DNA of 57,828 nucleotides. It comes from a bacterium (GTDB lineage: Bacteria > Zixibacteria > MSB-5A5 > GN15 > FEB-12). Location: contig JBDRNJ010000011.1 of NCBI GenBank assembly GCA_043811375.1, positions 1 through 57,828 of the forward strand, written 5' to 3'. Positions within the stretch are counted from its first letter, which is position 1, and each line of letters opens with the position of its first letter. Positions 38,148 to 48,676 of this stretch are shown one piece after another. Below the pieces are notes generated by a model that ran no database searches, was not told the DNA's origin, and saw nothing but the letters and a program-made list of their open reading frames with translations. Both the position numbers and the translations under genes were made by a program.

Positions 38148-39586
38148 TCGGTAAGGACAAAGCTCTTGATATCCAGCCCGTGATGGGCCGGATCAACGGC
38201 ACGCACTATGCGACGAGCGGAGTGCTCCGGCAACGACAGATCGACCCATTCCGGCGCCTGTAAAAGTCCCTGCTTGTTGCCGACCACTTTCAAGTACGGG
38301 CGCGACTTGTCGACGTCATTGTTGGTCAGCACCAGCGCAATCTCGTCGGTCGTCAACAGAACCAGGGTTCCGGCCGGGTAGATACCGATGACATCATTGA
38401 AAATCTTCAGAAGGAAAGGATCAAATTTCACCTTCATCTGGTAGCTCATCTTCTCCAGCACTTTGTCCGGAGAGATGGGACTTCTCAGGTAGACGCGACC
38501 GGCCGTGAGAGCATCAAAGGTATCAACAATGGATATAATCCTGGAGAAAACATTGAGGGACTGTTTCTGGCGATGCCGGATCGGGTAACCGGTATGATCG
38601 GCGTTGATATGATGTTCGAACGCCACCCGGGAGGCCCGCGCCGTGTGGGTTTCCAGTCTCAGGTTCCTCAGGATCGTCTTGGCGCCCAGCAACGGGTGCC
38701 GTTGCATCTGGATCCAATCGTCTTCATCGTATGACTCAGGCTTCCGGATCAGATCGGCCGGCAGCTTCACTTTGCCGATATCATGGAAAAGAGCCGCAAA
38801 TCCGAGTTGTGACAGGCGAGCACGGTCAAGGCTCAGCCTGACACCCATAGTCAGAGCATACACGCTCACGTTGGTCGAGTGAGCGTAGGTGTAGTCATCG
38901 AAATTCTTGATAGCCGCCAACTCCAGAAGCGATTGTTCATCCTTGGCGATATGGTCAATCAGTGAACGAATAACCCGCTTGGTCTTGGAAACGTCGATAT
39001 CGCGACCCAGAGTGACGCTGGCCATGTTTTCCTCAACTGTGGTCATGGCCCGGAAAAAGGTTGCCCGCGCGGCCACGCGAAACTGTCGGCGGATCTGTTT
39101 GGCAACTATCGGCTGTTCAGCCCTTACCTCACGCACCGAAAGGAAACTCACCGTGGGACGCCGGTAGCTCTTGAGGGCTTCCGACAACCTCTCCACGTTC
39201 TCCCCGGTGGGCTTGATGCCGGCAACGAAGGTAAATAACTCTTCGACTTCCCGGACCGAAATATCAGCCTGGAACTTGATTCCCGCCAGACCGACCGTTT
39301 CCCATTCACGGATGATCGCTGCGGCACCCGACACGCCCTGGTCATCAAACCGGACCAGGCGATGATTGATGAAGTAACGCCCGTCGACAACCTTGATCGC
39401 AACCTGATCGGCATCTACGAATTGACCTTGCAACTGCTCGTGGAAATTGACGCATTGCCGCTTGAAGGCCGGGTTGTTGCTGTCGATGATACGAGCGTTT
39501 TTATACAGAATGAAAAAGAGATTGACGAGTTTCTCTTCCGTCTTGCCGGCCACAGCCCGCATTTCCTGTAGATCAGTAGTAGACAT
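38144..39586 (-). CDS. HD-GYP domain protein with uncharacterised N-terminal domain
   Basis: YTYAHSTNV, FHDIGK, HHINADHTGYP, DTFDALT, GIYPAGTLV; TGATG coupling to the HEAT gene. Confidence 0.92.
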   Translation of the reverse strand: MSTTDLQEMRAVAGKTEEKLVNLFFILYKNARIIDSNNPAFKRQCVNFHEQLQGQFVDADQVAIKVVDGRYFINHRLVRFDDQGVSGAAAIIREWETVGLAGIKFQADISVREVEELFTFVAGIKPTGENVERLSEALKSYRRPTVSFLSVREVRAEQPIVAKQIRRQFRVAARATFFRAMTTVEENMASVTLGRDIDVSKTKRVIRSLIDHIAKDEQSLLELAAIKNFDDYTYAHSTNVSVYALTMGVRLSLDRARLSQLGFAALFHDIGKVKLPADLIRKPESYDEDDWIQMQRHPLLGAKTILRNLRLETHTARASRVAFEHHINADHTGYPIRHRQKQSLNVFSRIISIVDTFDALTAGRVYLRSPISPDKVLEKMSYQMKVKFDPFLLKIFNDVIGIYPAGTLVLLTTDEIALVLTNNDVDKSRPYLKVVGNKQGLLQAPEWVDLSLPEHSARRIVRAVDPAHHGLDIKSFVLTD

Positions 39587-41499
39587 CAATCTCCTGTCAG
39601 CATTATTTCCCGGCGACGTTGCAAAGTAGCGACAGCCTGACGCCGGATATCGGGACGCCAGCTCGAGGACAGCCTGACCAGCAGCTTCTCAGCACGGTCA
39701 CTGTGGTTGTGGGCCAGCGCTTCAAACGAGATCCGCCGATAAAAGACCAGGGTTGAATTGCGCCAGAAATTGTACTTCTCAATCAACTGAACCAGGTAGC
39801 TGACAGCGACCTCCCCTCCCAGCTCCGAGAAGGCTCGCAGCAACATTCTCTGCTCGTCTGCCTCAAGGTCGGCAAACCTTTCATCGTTGATGATACCGGC
39901 GATGGTTTCGAAAGCTGCCTGCCCACCGTGAGCCAGGATGGCCTCGATTGAATGCTGACGTATTTCCCTTTCGGAATCCGACACACCCGACACCAGTATT
40001 GGCAGCGCCTTGTCGTTATCGGAATCCTTCAGAGCCGTCACTATCTCAAGGCGGACTCGCGGTTCCTTGTTGTCCATGGCATCAGCGAGATATTTCAGGG
40101 AACGATCATCTCCTATACGTGCCAGAATCGAGGCTGAGTTTCGTACCACGTACCAGCGTTTGTCATAGATTCCCCGGGCCACTATATCGGGCTGGCGCCG
40201 GCCCTTCTCAGTCAGGTAATCGCAGAGAGTCTCGCGATGCCGGCGATGCTCAAAAGTTCCCAACAGGTCGGTAATGGCGTTGAGTGCCTGCCAGCCGAAG
40301 TTGTCCAGGTACTGTCTGAGTTCGTGGGTGCCGATATTGGGATGGTCATTTAAGGCCGAGGAAAGCACCTTGAGACGATCCCGGCTGCCGGCTGTGATAC
40401 AGGCATCTTTCAAACGTTCGGACCACAGTGGTTTGTCGTCGCGAATCCTGCCCTCCAGGTCACCCAGATACTTCAGCAGATGGCTTGCTTCAATCAAGCG
40501 TCCGTCTCGCAGGAATTCACTGAGTGTTTTTTCGCAGATTGTAACCGTCTCGTAGAAACCATCCAGTTCAACCTCCTGGTGGAGCAACTCCTTGAGCAAT
40601 ACGATCGTGGACTCATAGGTGTCAAACCCGGCATCATCGTCAACCAGTTGCGCTATCCGCGTCTCTTCTTCGTCGGAAAGTTTGAACTCCTCGTTGAGGA
40701 TCATGCCGGCGTCAGGCGTTGTCGGTCCTTGCGTGACCAGGCTGTCGAGACCCATGGCGCCGGCGGCCGCCAATAGTTCCGGCGAAGCGGCTTCACCACC
40801 AGACTCGATTGAGTCGTCCGGTGCTGCGGGATACATCGGCTCCCCGGATTGCTGCAAGCCGGCTCCATCGGAGCGCGCAGTTTCAATCCGCGTGGAGTCA
40901 CCGGAACCGTCGTCAGCAGCCGCATCGACCTCCGAAATAAAAATCGACTGGTAAGATTGCATATCATCGGTGCCGAACTGGGTACCGCCCTCGGTTCGCG
41001 ATTCATGTGATTCAAGATATTCCCGGACGTTGAAACTATTATCGTATTCCAGAAAAGCGCTGTCTTCAAGCGTGGTGAATACGAATCCGCTGACCGACTG
41101 CTCCCAGATGGCTGAGACCAGGTCGCAGGATTCGGATGAATTCATGTGGATCCGAATTGCCTCCAGCAGTTTGTAGACATCCTCGCCGGCCAGTTCTTCC
41201 GTGAATGTAAAATCGGTGATGCCGGCCTCGAAGAAAATACCCGCCAGATTTTCCTCCCGGGAGCGATCCTTGTATACGGTCTCGTTTTCAACCGCCAGAG
41301 AATCCTTCAGTACCGACACTCGTATCCGCCCATACTGCTGCACCAGATCAACCAGCTTATCGGTCAGCGATTGCCGCATTGACTGTGGCAGCGGGTTGTC
41401 CGGGGGGTACATCGAGACCACCTTAATGACCTTAAGCAGGTCCTTAAGGATCATGCCAACATCGCGTCGGCGGTCGTCTTGTGAGGCAGTATCAGGCAT
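39586..41499 (-). CDS. HEAT repeat protein with N-terminal domain and acidic linker
   Basis: DKRWYVVRNSASILARIG, EPRVRLEIVTAL, DSEREIR HEAT motifs. Confidence 0.9.
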   Translation of the reverse strand: MPDTASQDDRRRDVGMILKDLLKVIKVVSMYPPDNPLPQSMRQSLTDKLVDLVQQYGRIRVSVLKDSLAVENETVYKDRSREENLAGIFFEAGITDFTFTEELAGEDVYKLLEAIRIHMNSSESCDLVSAIWEQSVSGFVFTTLEDSAFLEYDNSFNVREYLESHESRTEGGTQFGTDDMQSYQSIFISEVDAAADDGSGDSTRIETARSDGAGLQQSGEPMYPAAPDDSIESGGEAASPELLAAAGAMGLDSLVTQGPTTPDAGMILNEEFKLSDEEETRIAQLVDDDAGFDTYESTIVLLKELLHQEVELDGFYETVTICEKTLSEFLRDGRLIEASHLLKYLGDLEGRIRDDKPLWSERLKDACITAGSRDRLKVLSSALNDHPNIGTHELRQYLDNFGWQALNAITDLLGTFEHRRHRETLCDYLTEKGRRQPDIVARGIYDKRWYVVRNSASILARIGDDRSLKYLADAMDNKEPRVRLEIVTALKDSDNDKALPILVSGVSDSEREIRQHSIEAILAHGGQAAFETIAGIINDERFADLEADEQRMLLRAFSELGGEVAVSYLVQLIEKYNFWRNSTLVFYRRISFEALAHNHSDRAEKLLVRLSSSWRPDIRRQAVATLQRRREIMLTGD

Positions 41500-41525
41500 A
41501 GTAAAATCTAAGTTATTCTATTCAT

Positions 41526-41552
41526 TTATCGGCAATTGCGGCTGTCGGTTAA
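41526..41552 (-). promoter_or_regulatory. sigma28 (FliA)-like promoter of the HEAT/HD-GYP operon
   Basis: TTAA-N15-GCCGATAA (perfect -10 element), about 27 nt upstream of the ATG. Confidence 0.55.
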
Positions 41553-41670
41553 TCCCCCGGCAGCGCCAATATCCGGCCACCGAGAGTTGTTGGACATGAT
41601 ACGACCGGATTCCGGGCTAACGGTGATTGAGTCGGATACCATTCGAGACTCAGTCGCCGCCGACATCATC

Positions 41671-41699
41671 TTGACTGATACTGAGGTTCTGGCTATATA
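41671..41699 (+). promoter_or_regulatory. sigma70 promoter, probable leaderless transcript
   Basis: TTGACT-N17-TATATA, 6 nt before ATG 41706. Confidence 0.5.
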
Positions 41700-41705
41700 G
41701 GCACG

Positions 41706-42917
41706 ATGATGGCTGACCGTGAACCAGCAGCCTCCAAAAGCAGGCTGAACGAGTACTTCCCCCCGGTGGCAATTACCGTTGGTGTTCTGGTGCTGTCTTT
41801 CTTCCTGCACTGGAAGTGGTGCGGAACCTATATGAATCTGGCCGAAGAATCATGGCAACGCATGGTGGAAGCGCATCTATCATGGTATCCTTTTAAAATC
41901 CGTTATTTCACCACGTATGCCATGCTCCTGCTGAATCGGGTATTTACTTTGCCGCTTCGAGAATCGTTTTTCCTGATTCAGTTCCCGTTACTGTTGGTGC
42001 TGGGCCCGGTCTTCTACAACTATCAGCGGATTCTTGGATTCACAATTCGACAGGCCTGGGTGGGAGTATTTCTGGTATTGAGTTCCTACCCGGTCCTGCT
42101 GGCATTTTCCGAACCGACACACACCTGGGATGATGTTTGGACCTACCTGTTGGTTACTCTGGCGCTGGCACTGGTTCTGCGATCACGGATTACCGCTGCC
42201 ACAGTGATTTTCACCCTGGCCTGCTTTGCCCGGGAGCAATCGTTGATCTTCTATCTCCTGCTGGTAATGACGGCATTCTGGTCACCGTCCGAAATGCCAC
42301 GGCGCAATCGGTTGTTGTGGCTGTTGATGCCACTGGTGTTGTATGGGCTTTTCCGGGTTATCGTCTGGCAGGACATGGACCCGGCCCGATTCAGCCTGAT
42401 ATACCACAACTTCGAGTTCAGCCTGCGAACCAGCGACACGCTCTTTTCGTTATTCATATCCTTCGGTTTTATCTGGGTGGCGTCACTGACGGCGCTGGTG
42501 AGACTGGCGCGAAAAAATCGAACAGCAGCCGAGCGCTTCCTCTTCTGGGGTACACTTATCTCGTTGCCGGCCAATCTGGTGATCGCATTATTCTTCTCCC
42601 TGACCCGCGAAACCAGGATCCTCTTCCCGCCGTTCATTTGCCTGGTACCGCTGGCAGTGAGCGAGTTATGGCTCCTTCTCGACGATCTGAGACATCGGTG
42701 TGGCGCCTTCAGAAGAGTGACCCAGGTAGTCACCTTTAGCGTGCTGATCGGTGCCGGCATTTATCTGGGTCGGATCGTGTTCCCGTCTTTTGAGTACCGG
42801 GCCTGCCCCAACTTTGCCCAACTCTGGGCCGGTATTCATTTTGGGCTGATTCTCAACCTGATAGCTCTATACCTGATGCGTCTGATTACAGGTAGCCGGG
42901 CGACGGCCGATTCATAA
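41706..42917 (+). CDS. Polytopic membrane protein, possibly GT-C fold glycosyltransferase
   Basis: About 10 hydrophobic segments; PF..R, WDD, ARE and E.R motifs typical of GT-C-like hypothetical proteins (inference). Confidence 0.65.
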   Translation: MMADREPAASKSRLNEYFPPVAITVGVLVLSFFLHWKWCGTYMNLAEESWQRMVEAHLSWYPFKIRYFTTYAMLLLNRVFTLPLRESFFLIQFPLLLVLGPVFYNYQRILGFTIRQAWVGVFLVLSSYPVLLAFSEPTHTWDDVWTYLLVTLALALVLRSRITAATVIFTLACFAREQSLIFYLLLVMTAFWSPSEMPRRNRLLWLLMPLVLYGLFRVIVWQDMDPARFSLIYHNFEFSLRTSDTLFSLFISFGFIWVASLTALVRLARKNRTAAERFLFWGTLISLPANLVIALFFSLTRETRILFPPFICLVPLAVSELWLLLDDLRHRCGAFRRVTQVVTFSVLIGAGIYLGRIVFPSFEYRACPNFAQLWAGIHFGLILNLIALYLMRLITGSRATADS

Positions 42918-43868
42918 ATCACTCAACTTCATAGCCGGATGGCGCAGGAGTTGCCGGCTGGCGGTATAGGGATCGCTGCGCCCCTCACAGATATCGGAAA
43001 CGATCTGATCAAGATCGGCCACCTGCCGTAATCGCAGCAGCAGTTGTCGGTTAACGTGCTCTTCAAGCAGAGCCTTCAGCCTCTTTTCAGTCTGGCTGCG
43101 GCGGTGACTGATAAAACGGCCGTCACTGCGAGCCGATGCAACGTGCTTCTCGATCGCCGCGATAAGGCTTTCAATATTCTTGCCGTTGACGGCCTCGGTG
43201 GCCAGCACCACCACATCATCCGACCGGTCCCCCCGGCGGCGAGCGTCGATCGCCTGTTCCAACTCCAGAACAACCCGGTCGGCACCCGGCCGGTCGGCCT
43301 TATTAACGCAGAAAATGTCGGCAATTTCCATCAGACCGGCTTTCATCGTCTGAACCGCATCACCTGATTCGGGAACCACCACCACCACCACGGTGTCACA
43401 GGCGTCCACAACATCCAGCTCCATCTGGCCGACACCAACGGTTTCTATCAGGGTGACGTCAAAACCGAAGGCATCATAGATGACCGCCACATTACCGGTG
43501 GATGCCGCCAGTCCGCCGGTGGCACCACGGGTCGCCATAGATCGGAAATAGAAAGATCCGTCCGAGGGGAAATCGTTCATCCGTACCCGATCGCCCAACA
43601 GGGCGCCCCCGGTGAAGGGCGACGTGGGATCGACGGCAATAATGCCCACTTTTCGTTCGGCCTGTAAATACAGATGCGTCAGAGCATTAACCAGCGTCGA
43701 TTTGCCGGCGCCCGGCGGGCCGGTGATACCGATACGCAACGAACGACCGGCCCGGGGATAAAGACCTCCCAGCAGATCCTGGTAGCCATCCTGCTGGTCT
43801 TCCACCCATGAAACAACTCTGGCCAGGGCTCGCACGTCCCCCAGGCGGAATCTCCGCAGCAGTTCCAT
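42912..43868 (-). CDS. meaB: Methylmalonyl-CoA mutase-associated GTPase MeaB/ArgK
   Basis: GITGPPGAGKST, AVDPTSPFTGGALLGDRVRM, ETVGVGQ, NKAD. Confidence 0.96.
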   Translation of the reverse strand: MELLRRFRLGDVRALARVVSWVEDQQDGYQDLLGGLYPRAGRSLRIGITGPPGAGKSTLVNALTHLYLQAERKVGIIAVDPTSPFTGGALLGDRVRMNDFPSDGSFYFRSMATRGATGGLAASTGNVAVIYDAFGFDVTLIETVGVGQMELDVVDACDTVVVVVVPESGDAVQTMKAGLMEIADIFCVNKADRPGADRVVLELEQAIDARRRGDRSDDVVVLATEAVNGKNIESLIAAIEKHVASARSDGRFISHRRSQTEKRLKALLEEHVNRQLLLRLRQVADLDQIVSDICEGRSDPYTASRQLLRHPAMKLSDL

Positions 43869-43874
43869 TACATC

Positions 43875-45620
43875 TCACATGGCCGGCGCCGTACCGGCCG
43901 TTAAGCGAATATCCTTGAGGCGTATTTGCTTACGCGTTACGTCATTGTAGGTATTGTATTCCACCACGTACACGATATCAACAAGACAACCCCTGGATGA
44001 AATCATGCGAACCATATCACCGAACCCAAAACCGATTACGTCGAAAGTTGCGTCCCCCTTACGAACCCGCATCTTCAGATGATTGTTACCCACCGTGTAT
44101 GGTTGTCCCGCCACCTCGCAATTGCGTGTTATGAAAAGGGGACGCATGTTCTGCGGGCCAAAAGGAGAGAACGATTCCAGCGCCTGCATGAAAGTGTCGT
44201 CGATATCGGTCAGTTCGATCTGCGAATCGATGTGCAGTTTGGGCGTGATGTCTTCGTTGTTCAAAAGACGGTTGGAGACTTCCACGAACTTCTTGCGAAA
44301 TTCCGGAATGTTGTCTTTCTGGATGGAAAGACCGGCGGCATATTTGTGACCGCCATACCGGATCAGCAGATGTTCGCATTCCTTAAGCGCCTCACAAAGA
44401 TGGAACCCCGGGATGGAGCGTGCCGAGCCCTTGCCTTCACCTTTCTCGTCCACCGAAATCATGACCGTCGGTAAGTGGTATCGTTCGACCAGGCGACTGG
44501 CCACAATACCGATTACCCCGGCGTGCCAACCCTCTTCAGCCAACACGATAGCGCGATCACCATCCAGGTCAACTATCTGCTCCATTTGTACCAGCGCCTG
44601 TTTAAGAGTCATTTCATCAATCGCCTTGCGGCGCCTGTTCTCTGAATCCAGCTTGCGGGCAATCTCCGCCGCCACCCGCTCGTCCCGGGTGGACAGCAGC
44701 CGGATCGCCTGACGGGCGTCACCGAGCCTCCCCAGGGCATTTATCCGCGGCGCCAGAATGAAAACCACCTGGCCGGTACTGATCTCTTTGCCCAGCAGGC
44801 CGGACACAAAAGTCAGCGACTTCAGACCCGGCTTCGTCGTCCGCGCGATTTGTCTGATGCCGAATTTGGTCAGAATCCGGTTTTCTCCCACCAGGGGCAC
44901 GATATCGGCAGCAGTGCCCAGAGACACCAGGTCCAGATGTTCCTCCAGTTCCCCCTCGTCCTGGTTGAGCGACTGATAAAGCGCCTGGGCTAACTTGAAA
45001 GCCACACCCACTCCCGACAATTCGCTGGCGTAGTTGCAGCCAACCTGCTTGGGGTTGATGATTGCTTTTGCCTTGGGAGTCTGAATACCAGGCTCATGGT
45101 GATCCGTTACCACCACGTCGATCCCTATGCTGGCCGCGTAATCGACCTGTTCCACCGCGGTAATGCCGGTATCGACCGTCACAATCAGGCTGGCACCTTT
45201 TGCCTTGGCTTCATCGATGCCTTTTTTCGACAGACCGTAGCCTTCCACCAGCCGGTTCGGCAGATAGAAATCAACCTGGGCGCCCAGCTTGTTGAACACC
45301 ATGTACAGCAGGGCCGTAGCCGTGATACCATCGACGTCATAGTCACCATAGATGACTATTCGTTCATTGTCGAAGAAGGCTTGCGTCAGGCGATCGATGC
45401 CCTCTCTCATACCGGTCATTTCAAACGGATTGATCAGGTCCGACAATTTGGGATTGAGAAAAGCATCGATATCAGCGGCGGTCGTCAGAGATCGGTTAAT
45501 GAGGATTTTAACGACTTTGTCCGGCAGGTCGGTTTCACTCATCAACCGTGCCACCAGATCGTGTTCCGGATCAGGAGCCACCACCCATTTCAGATGTGGC
45601 AGCCCTTGCGACGGACCCAT
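43875..45620 (-). CDS. recJ: ssDNA-specific exonuclease RecJ
   Basis: YGDYDVDG, EGYG, TDHH, PRINALGR, GSARS, YGGHKYAAG, PFG; ATG 45620 with GGAGG. Confidence 0.98.
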   Translation of the reverse strand: MGPSQGLPHLKWVVAPDPEHDLVARLMSETDLPDKVVKILINRSLTTAADIDAFLNPKLSDLINPFEMTGMREGIDRLTQAFFDNERIVIYGDYDVDGITATALLYMVFNKLGAQVDFYLPNRLVEGYGLSKKGIDEAKAKGASLIVTVDTGITAVEQVDYAASIGIDVVVTDHHEPGIQTPKAKAIINPKQVGCNYASELSGVGVAFKLAQALYQSLNQDEGELEEHLDLVSLGTAADIVPLVGENRILTKFGIRQIARTTKPGLKSLTFVSGLLGKEISTGQVVFILAPRINALGRLGDARQAIRLLSTRDERVAAEIARKLDSENRRRKAIDEMTLKQALVQMEQIVDLDGDRAIVLAEEGWHAGVIGIVASRLVERYHLPTVMISVDEKGEGKGSARSIPGFHLCEALKECEHLLIRYGGHKYAAGLSIQKDNIPEFRKKFVEVSNRLLNNEDITPKLHIDSQIELTDIDDTFMQALESFSPFGPQNMRPLFITRNCEVAGQPYTVGNNHLKMRVRKGDATFDVIGFGFGDMVRMISSRGCLVDIVYVVEYNTYNDVTRKQIRLKDIRLTAGTAPAM

Positions 45621-45646
45621 AAAAGCCTCCGTATCTCGAAGGCTTG

Positions 45647-46009
45647 ACAAGCAGAAAATAAGCCGAGTTCTGTAAGCTCCCGGAGGAGCCTGCAGCCATC
45701 TATCTTGACGGCCGGTTGCCCGACCGTTCCGTGCGGCCTACCCGGGAATGATAAACGGAGCGAATCAACTCCTCTTCCCCTATTTGGCCTTGCTCCAGGC
45801 GGGGTTTACCCACCGGCGGCATTGCTGTCACCGGCCGTGGTCTCTTACACCACGATTTCACCCTTACCTCACAGGGAGGCGGTATTGTTTCTGCGGCACT
45901 TTCCGTCGGATCACTCCGCCCCGGAGTTACCGGGCGCCTTGATTCTGTGGAGCTCGGACTTTCCTCACTTCAAATTTTCATCTAAAGCGCGACTGCTTCT
46001 CCTACTTGT
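45647..46009 (-). ncRNA. rnpB: RNase P RNA (bacterial class A)
   Basis: GAGGAAAGUCCGAGCUC near the 5' end and ACAGAACUCGGCUUA near the 3' end; P1 pairing CAAGUAG/CUGCUUG. Confidence 0.97.
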
Positions 46010-46066
46010 GCAAGCTTTCCAAATATATGTTATAAACTACAAATATCGTTTTTCCTGTCGCCGATG

Positions 46067-47533
46067 TCAACTGATCCGCCGGTAGTTGGGCGCCTCATGG
46101 GTAATCGGCACCGAGTGCGGATGTGACTCCGTGACTCCGGCCGAAGTAATCCTGATCATCTGCGATTTCCGTCTCAACTCGGACAGGTCGGCAGCGCCGC
46201 ACAGACCCATACCGGAGCGCACCCCACCCACCAGTTGAAAGACAGTGTCAGATAGCGGTCCCTTGAAGGGCACCCGGCCTTCAACACCCTCGGGGACCAG
46301 TTTGGCCAGTTCCTCCTGGTGTTCCTGAAAATAGCGGTCCCGGCTGCCTTCCTTCATGGCGCTGACGGACCCCATGCCGCGATAAACCTTATACGATCGG
46401 CCTTCAAACAGCACTGTTTCGCCGGGTGATTCATCGACTCCGGCAAACAGTGATCCGATCATGACCGCCTGTGCACCGCAGGAGAGTGATTTGGTTATAT
46501 CTCCGGAATAGCGAATGCCGCCATCGGCAACAACCGGCGTGTCGGATTTCTCGGCTGCCGCCACCACATCCATGATAGCCGTTACCTGCGGCACACCGGC
46601 CCCGGTAATAACCCGGGTGGTGCAGATGGAACCCGGTCCGACACCGACTTTAATGCAATCGGCGCCGGCATCAATCAGGGCGCCGGCACCATCGGCGGTG
46701 GCTACGTTGCCGGCCATAACCGGTATATTGCTGAATTTCTTTTTGAGCCATTTGACCGATTGCAGAACCCCCTGGCTGTGTCCATGAGAACTGTCCACCG
46801 CCAGCAGATCAACTCCGGCATCCACCAGGCGCTCCGCCCGCGCCGACAGGTCATCGCCGACACCCACCGCCGCCGCCACTCGCAAGCGACCACGGTCGTC
46901 CTTGCTGGCTCCGGGGTACTGAATTTTCTTCATGATGTCCTTGACAGTAATCATCCCCTTGAGCATGAAATCGTCATCAACCATAAGCAACTTCTCAATA
47001 CGGTGACGGTGCAGTATTTCCTGAGCCTCCTCAAGAGTAGTGCCCTCTTTGACCGTCACCAAATTCTTCGAGGTCATCACCTCGGAAATCGGCCGCTGGT
47101 GATCTTTGTGAAAGCGCAGATCGCGATTGGTGAGTATTCCCACCAACTTCCTCTGCCGGGTGATAGGTATGCCTGAAATCGAGAATCGGGACATGACTTC
47201 CAGCGCATCACCAATCGTCTTATCGGGCGGCAGAGTAATAGGATCGACAATCATGCCGGACTCCGAACGCTTGACCTTGTCTACCTCTTCCGCCTGCTTG
47301 CGGGGGCTCATATTCTTGTGAATGACGCCAATACCGCCCTGCCGCGCCAGTGCAATAGCCAGACGCGATTCCGTCACCGTATCCATGGCGGACGAGATAA
47401 TCGGGATGTTAAGTGTAATACCGGGAGCTATGATCGTGGCGATATCAACGTTGCACGGCAACACCTGTGAATGGGCCGGCAGTAAAAGTACGTCATCAAA
47501 CGTCAATCCGGTCTTCTCGAGTATCTTGGCCAT
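46067..47533 (-). CDS. guaB: IMP dehydrogenase
   Basis: [19 protein letters not shown] pair, [20 protein letters not shown]. Alternative start at 47548. Confidence 0.99.
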   Translation of the reverse strand: MAKILEKTGLTFDDVLLLPAHSQVLPCNVDIATIIAPGITLNIPIISSAMDTVTESRLAIALARQGGIGVIHKNMSPRKQAEEVDKVKRSESGMIVDPITLPPDKTIGDALEVMSRFSISGIPITRQRKLVGILTNRDLRFHKDHQRPISEVMTSKNLVTVKEGTTLEEAQEILHRHRIEKLLMVDDDFMLKGMITVKDIMKKIQYPGASKDDRGRLRVAAAVGVGDDLSARAERLVDAGVDLLAVDSSHGHSQGVLQSVKWLKKKFSNIPVMAGNVATADGAGALIDAGADCIKVGVGPGSICTTRVITGAGVPQVTAIMDVVAAAEKSDTPVVADGGIRYSGDITKSLSCGAQAVMIGSLFAGVDESPGETVLFEGRSYKVYRGMGSVSAMKEGSRDRYFQEHQEELAKLVPEGVEGRVPFKGPLSDTVFQLVGGVRSGMGLCGAADLSELRRKSQMIRITSAGVTESHPHSVPITHEAPNYRRIS

Positions 47534-47576
47534 CTCACCTGTCTCCATCCTGGTGACTTTGTTGGTTCTCCCTGAA

Positions 47577-48293
47577 TTAGTCCGATACGTCCATGTCCCA
47601 GTACAACATCCGGCCGCAGGCGTCGCAGGTATGGATCTTATCTGCCCGCCTGATTTCCTGCACCCTCTGGGGTGTCAAAGCATTGTGACAGGAGCTGCAG
47701 GAACGCATCCTGACCGATACCACCACGGCACCCCCTTTGCCCCGTCGTACCCGTTCGTAAACGGCCAGAGTCGAACGTGGAATGGAAGCACTGATAGTGT
47801 TGCGTTCAGCTTCTTTGCCGGCGACCTTGTCGCCAATTGAGCCCAGCTTCTCTTTGAGAATCTGCAGTTGCCGGTTGTCGGTTTCTTCCGTCTGCTGAAG
47901 CTGCTTTTTCAGTTCAGGTATCTCCTCCTCCAGGACGGAAACCTGTTCCATCGTTTGCAGCAACTCGGTTTCCTTTTCCGAAATGACCGATTTCACAGCA
48001 TCGATCTCGGCAACCAGGGCATCATACTCCTTGTTGGTCTTGATAGTCATCATCTGCTTCTGGAACTTTTCCAGTTCAGCCTCCCTGGTGGAGACTTCCA
48101 ATTCCAGGTTCCGGCGACGCACCCTGTCCTCTTCCAATGATGTCTGGGCGTTCTCGAGCTTCTCCTTAACCTCCCTGAGTTCATTGTTGAGGTTATCCAT
48201 CATATCCGGCAAATACTCCTTGGATCGTTCCAACTCACCAAGGTCGTAGTCGATCACCTGAAGTTTGAGAAGCTGCTCGAGATCGTTTAGCAT
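47577..48293 (-). CDS. Coiled-coil C4-type zinc ribbon domain protein (CT398/HP0958-like)
   Basis: ATG 48293 with [29 protein letters not shown]...CDACGRMLY. Confidence 0.92.
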   Translation of the reverse strand: MLNDLEQLLKLQVIDYDLGELERSKEYLPDMMDNLNNELREVKEKLENAQTSLEEDRVRRRNLELEVSTREAELEKFQKQMMTIKTNKEYDALVAEIDAVKSVISEKETELLQTMEQVSVLEEEIPELKKQLQQTEETDNRQLQILKEKLGSIGDKVAGKEAERNTISASIPRSTLAVYERVRRGKGGAVVVSVRMRSCSSCHNALTPQRVQEIRRADKIHTCDACGRMLYWDMDVSD

Positions 48294-48485
48294 CGAGACC
48301 TCCTTCTGATCCATCTTGGAACCAACACTCATAGGCTCTCCAAACGAAAAGCGCATCCGGCGGGATACCCGGCCGGATGCGCTGTTAGGTCGATTTCTGG
48401 GGCGCTGTCCTGTTCTCCCATAGTGGGCAGGACCGGGCGCCCATGAAAGGAATTGTATTTGTTACAGCCCATATATCAAATAACA

Positions 48486-48559
48486 TGGGCAATACTGGAT
48501 TTGAACCAGTGACCTCTCGGATGTGAACCGAACGCTCTAACCAACTGAGCTAATTGCCC
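48486..48559 (-). tRNA. tRNA-Val(CAC), CCA not encoded
   Basis: GGGCAATTAGCTCAGTTGGTTAGAGCG-TTCGG-TT[CAC]AT-CCGAG-AGGTCACTGGTTCAAATCCAGTATTGCCCA. Confidence 0.96.
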
Positions 48560-48580
48560 TTCTTTAGTTCCTCGTATCTA

Positions 48581-48654
48581 TGGGCCCTGCAGGACTCGAA
48601 CCTGCGACCCGCTGATTATGAGTCAGCTGCTCTAACCAACTGAGCTAAGGGCCC
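48581..48654 (-). tRNA. tRNA with CAT anticodon, most likely tRNA-Ile2 (lysidine), CCA not encoded
   Basis: GGGCCCTTAGCTCAGTTGGTTAGAGCA-GCTGA-CT[CAT]AA-TCAGC-GGGTCGCAGGTTCGAGTCCTGCAGGGCCCA; resembles Ile2 rather than initiator or elongator Met. Confidence 0.92.
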
Positions 48655-48676
48655 GTTTGGTTCAGCATAGACCAGT

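Noticed and set aside
45705..46085. ORFs of 126 and 64 aa
   Set aside because: They overlap the RNase P RNA gene on the opposite strand.
48486..48654. tRNA pair as an integration site
   Set aside because: No integrase and no duplicated tRNA 3' end seen in the window.
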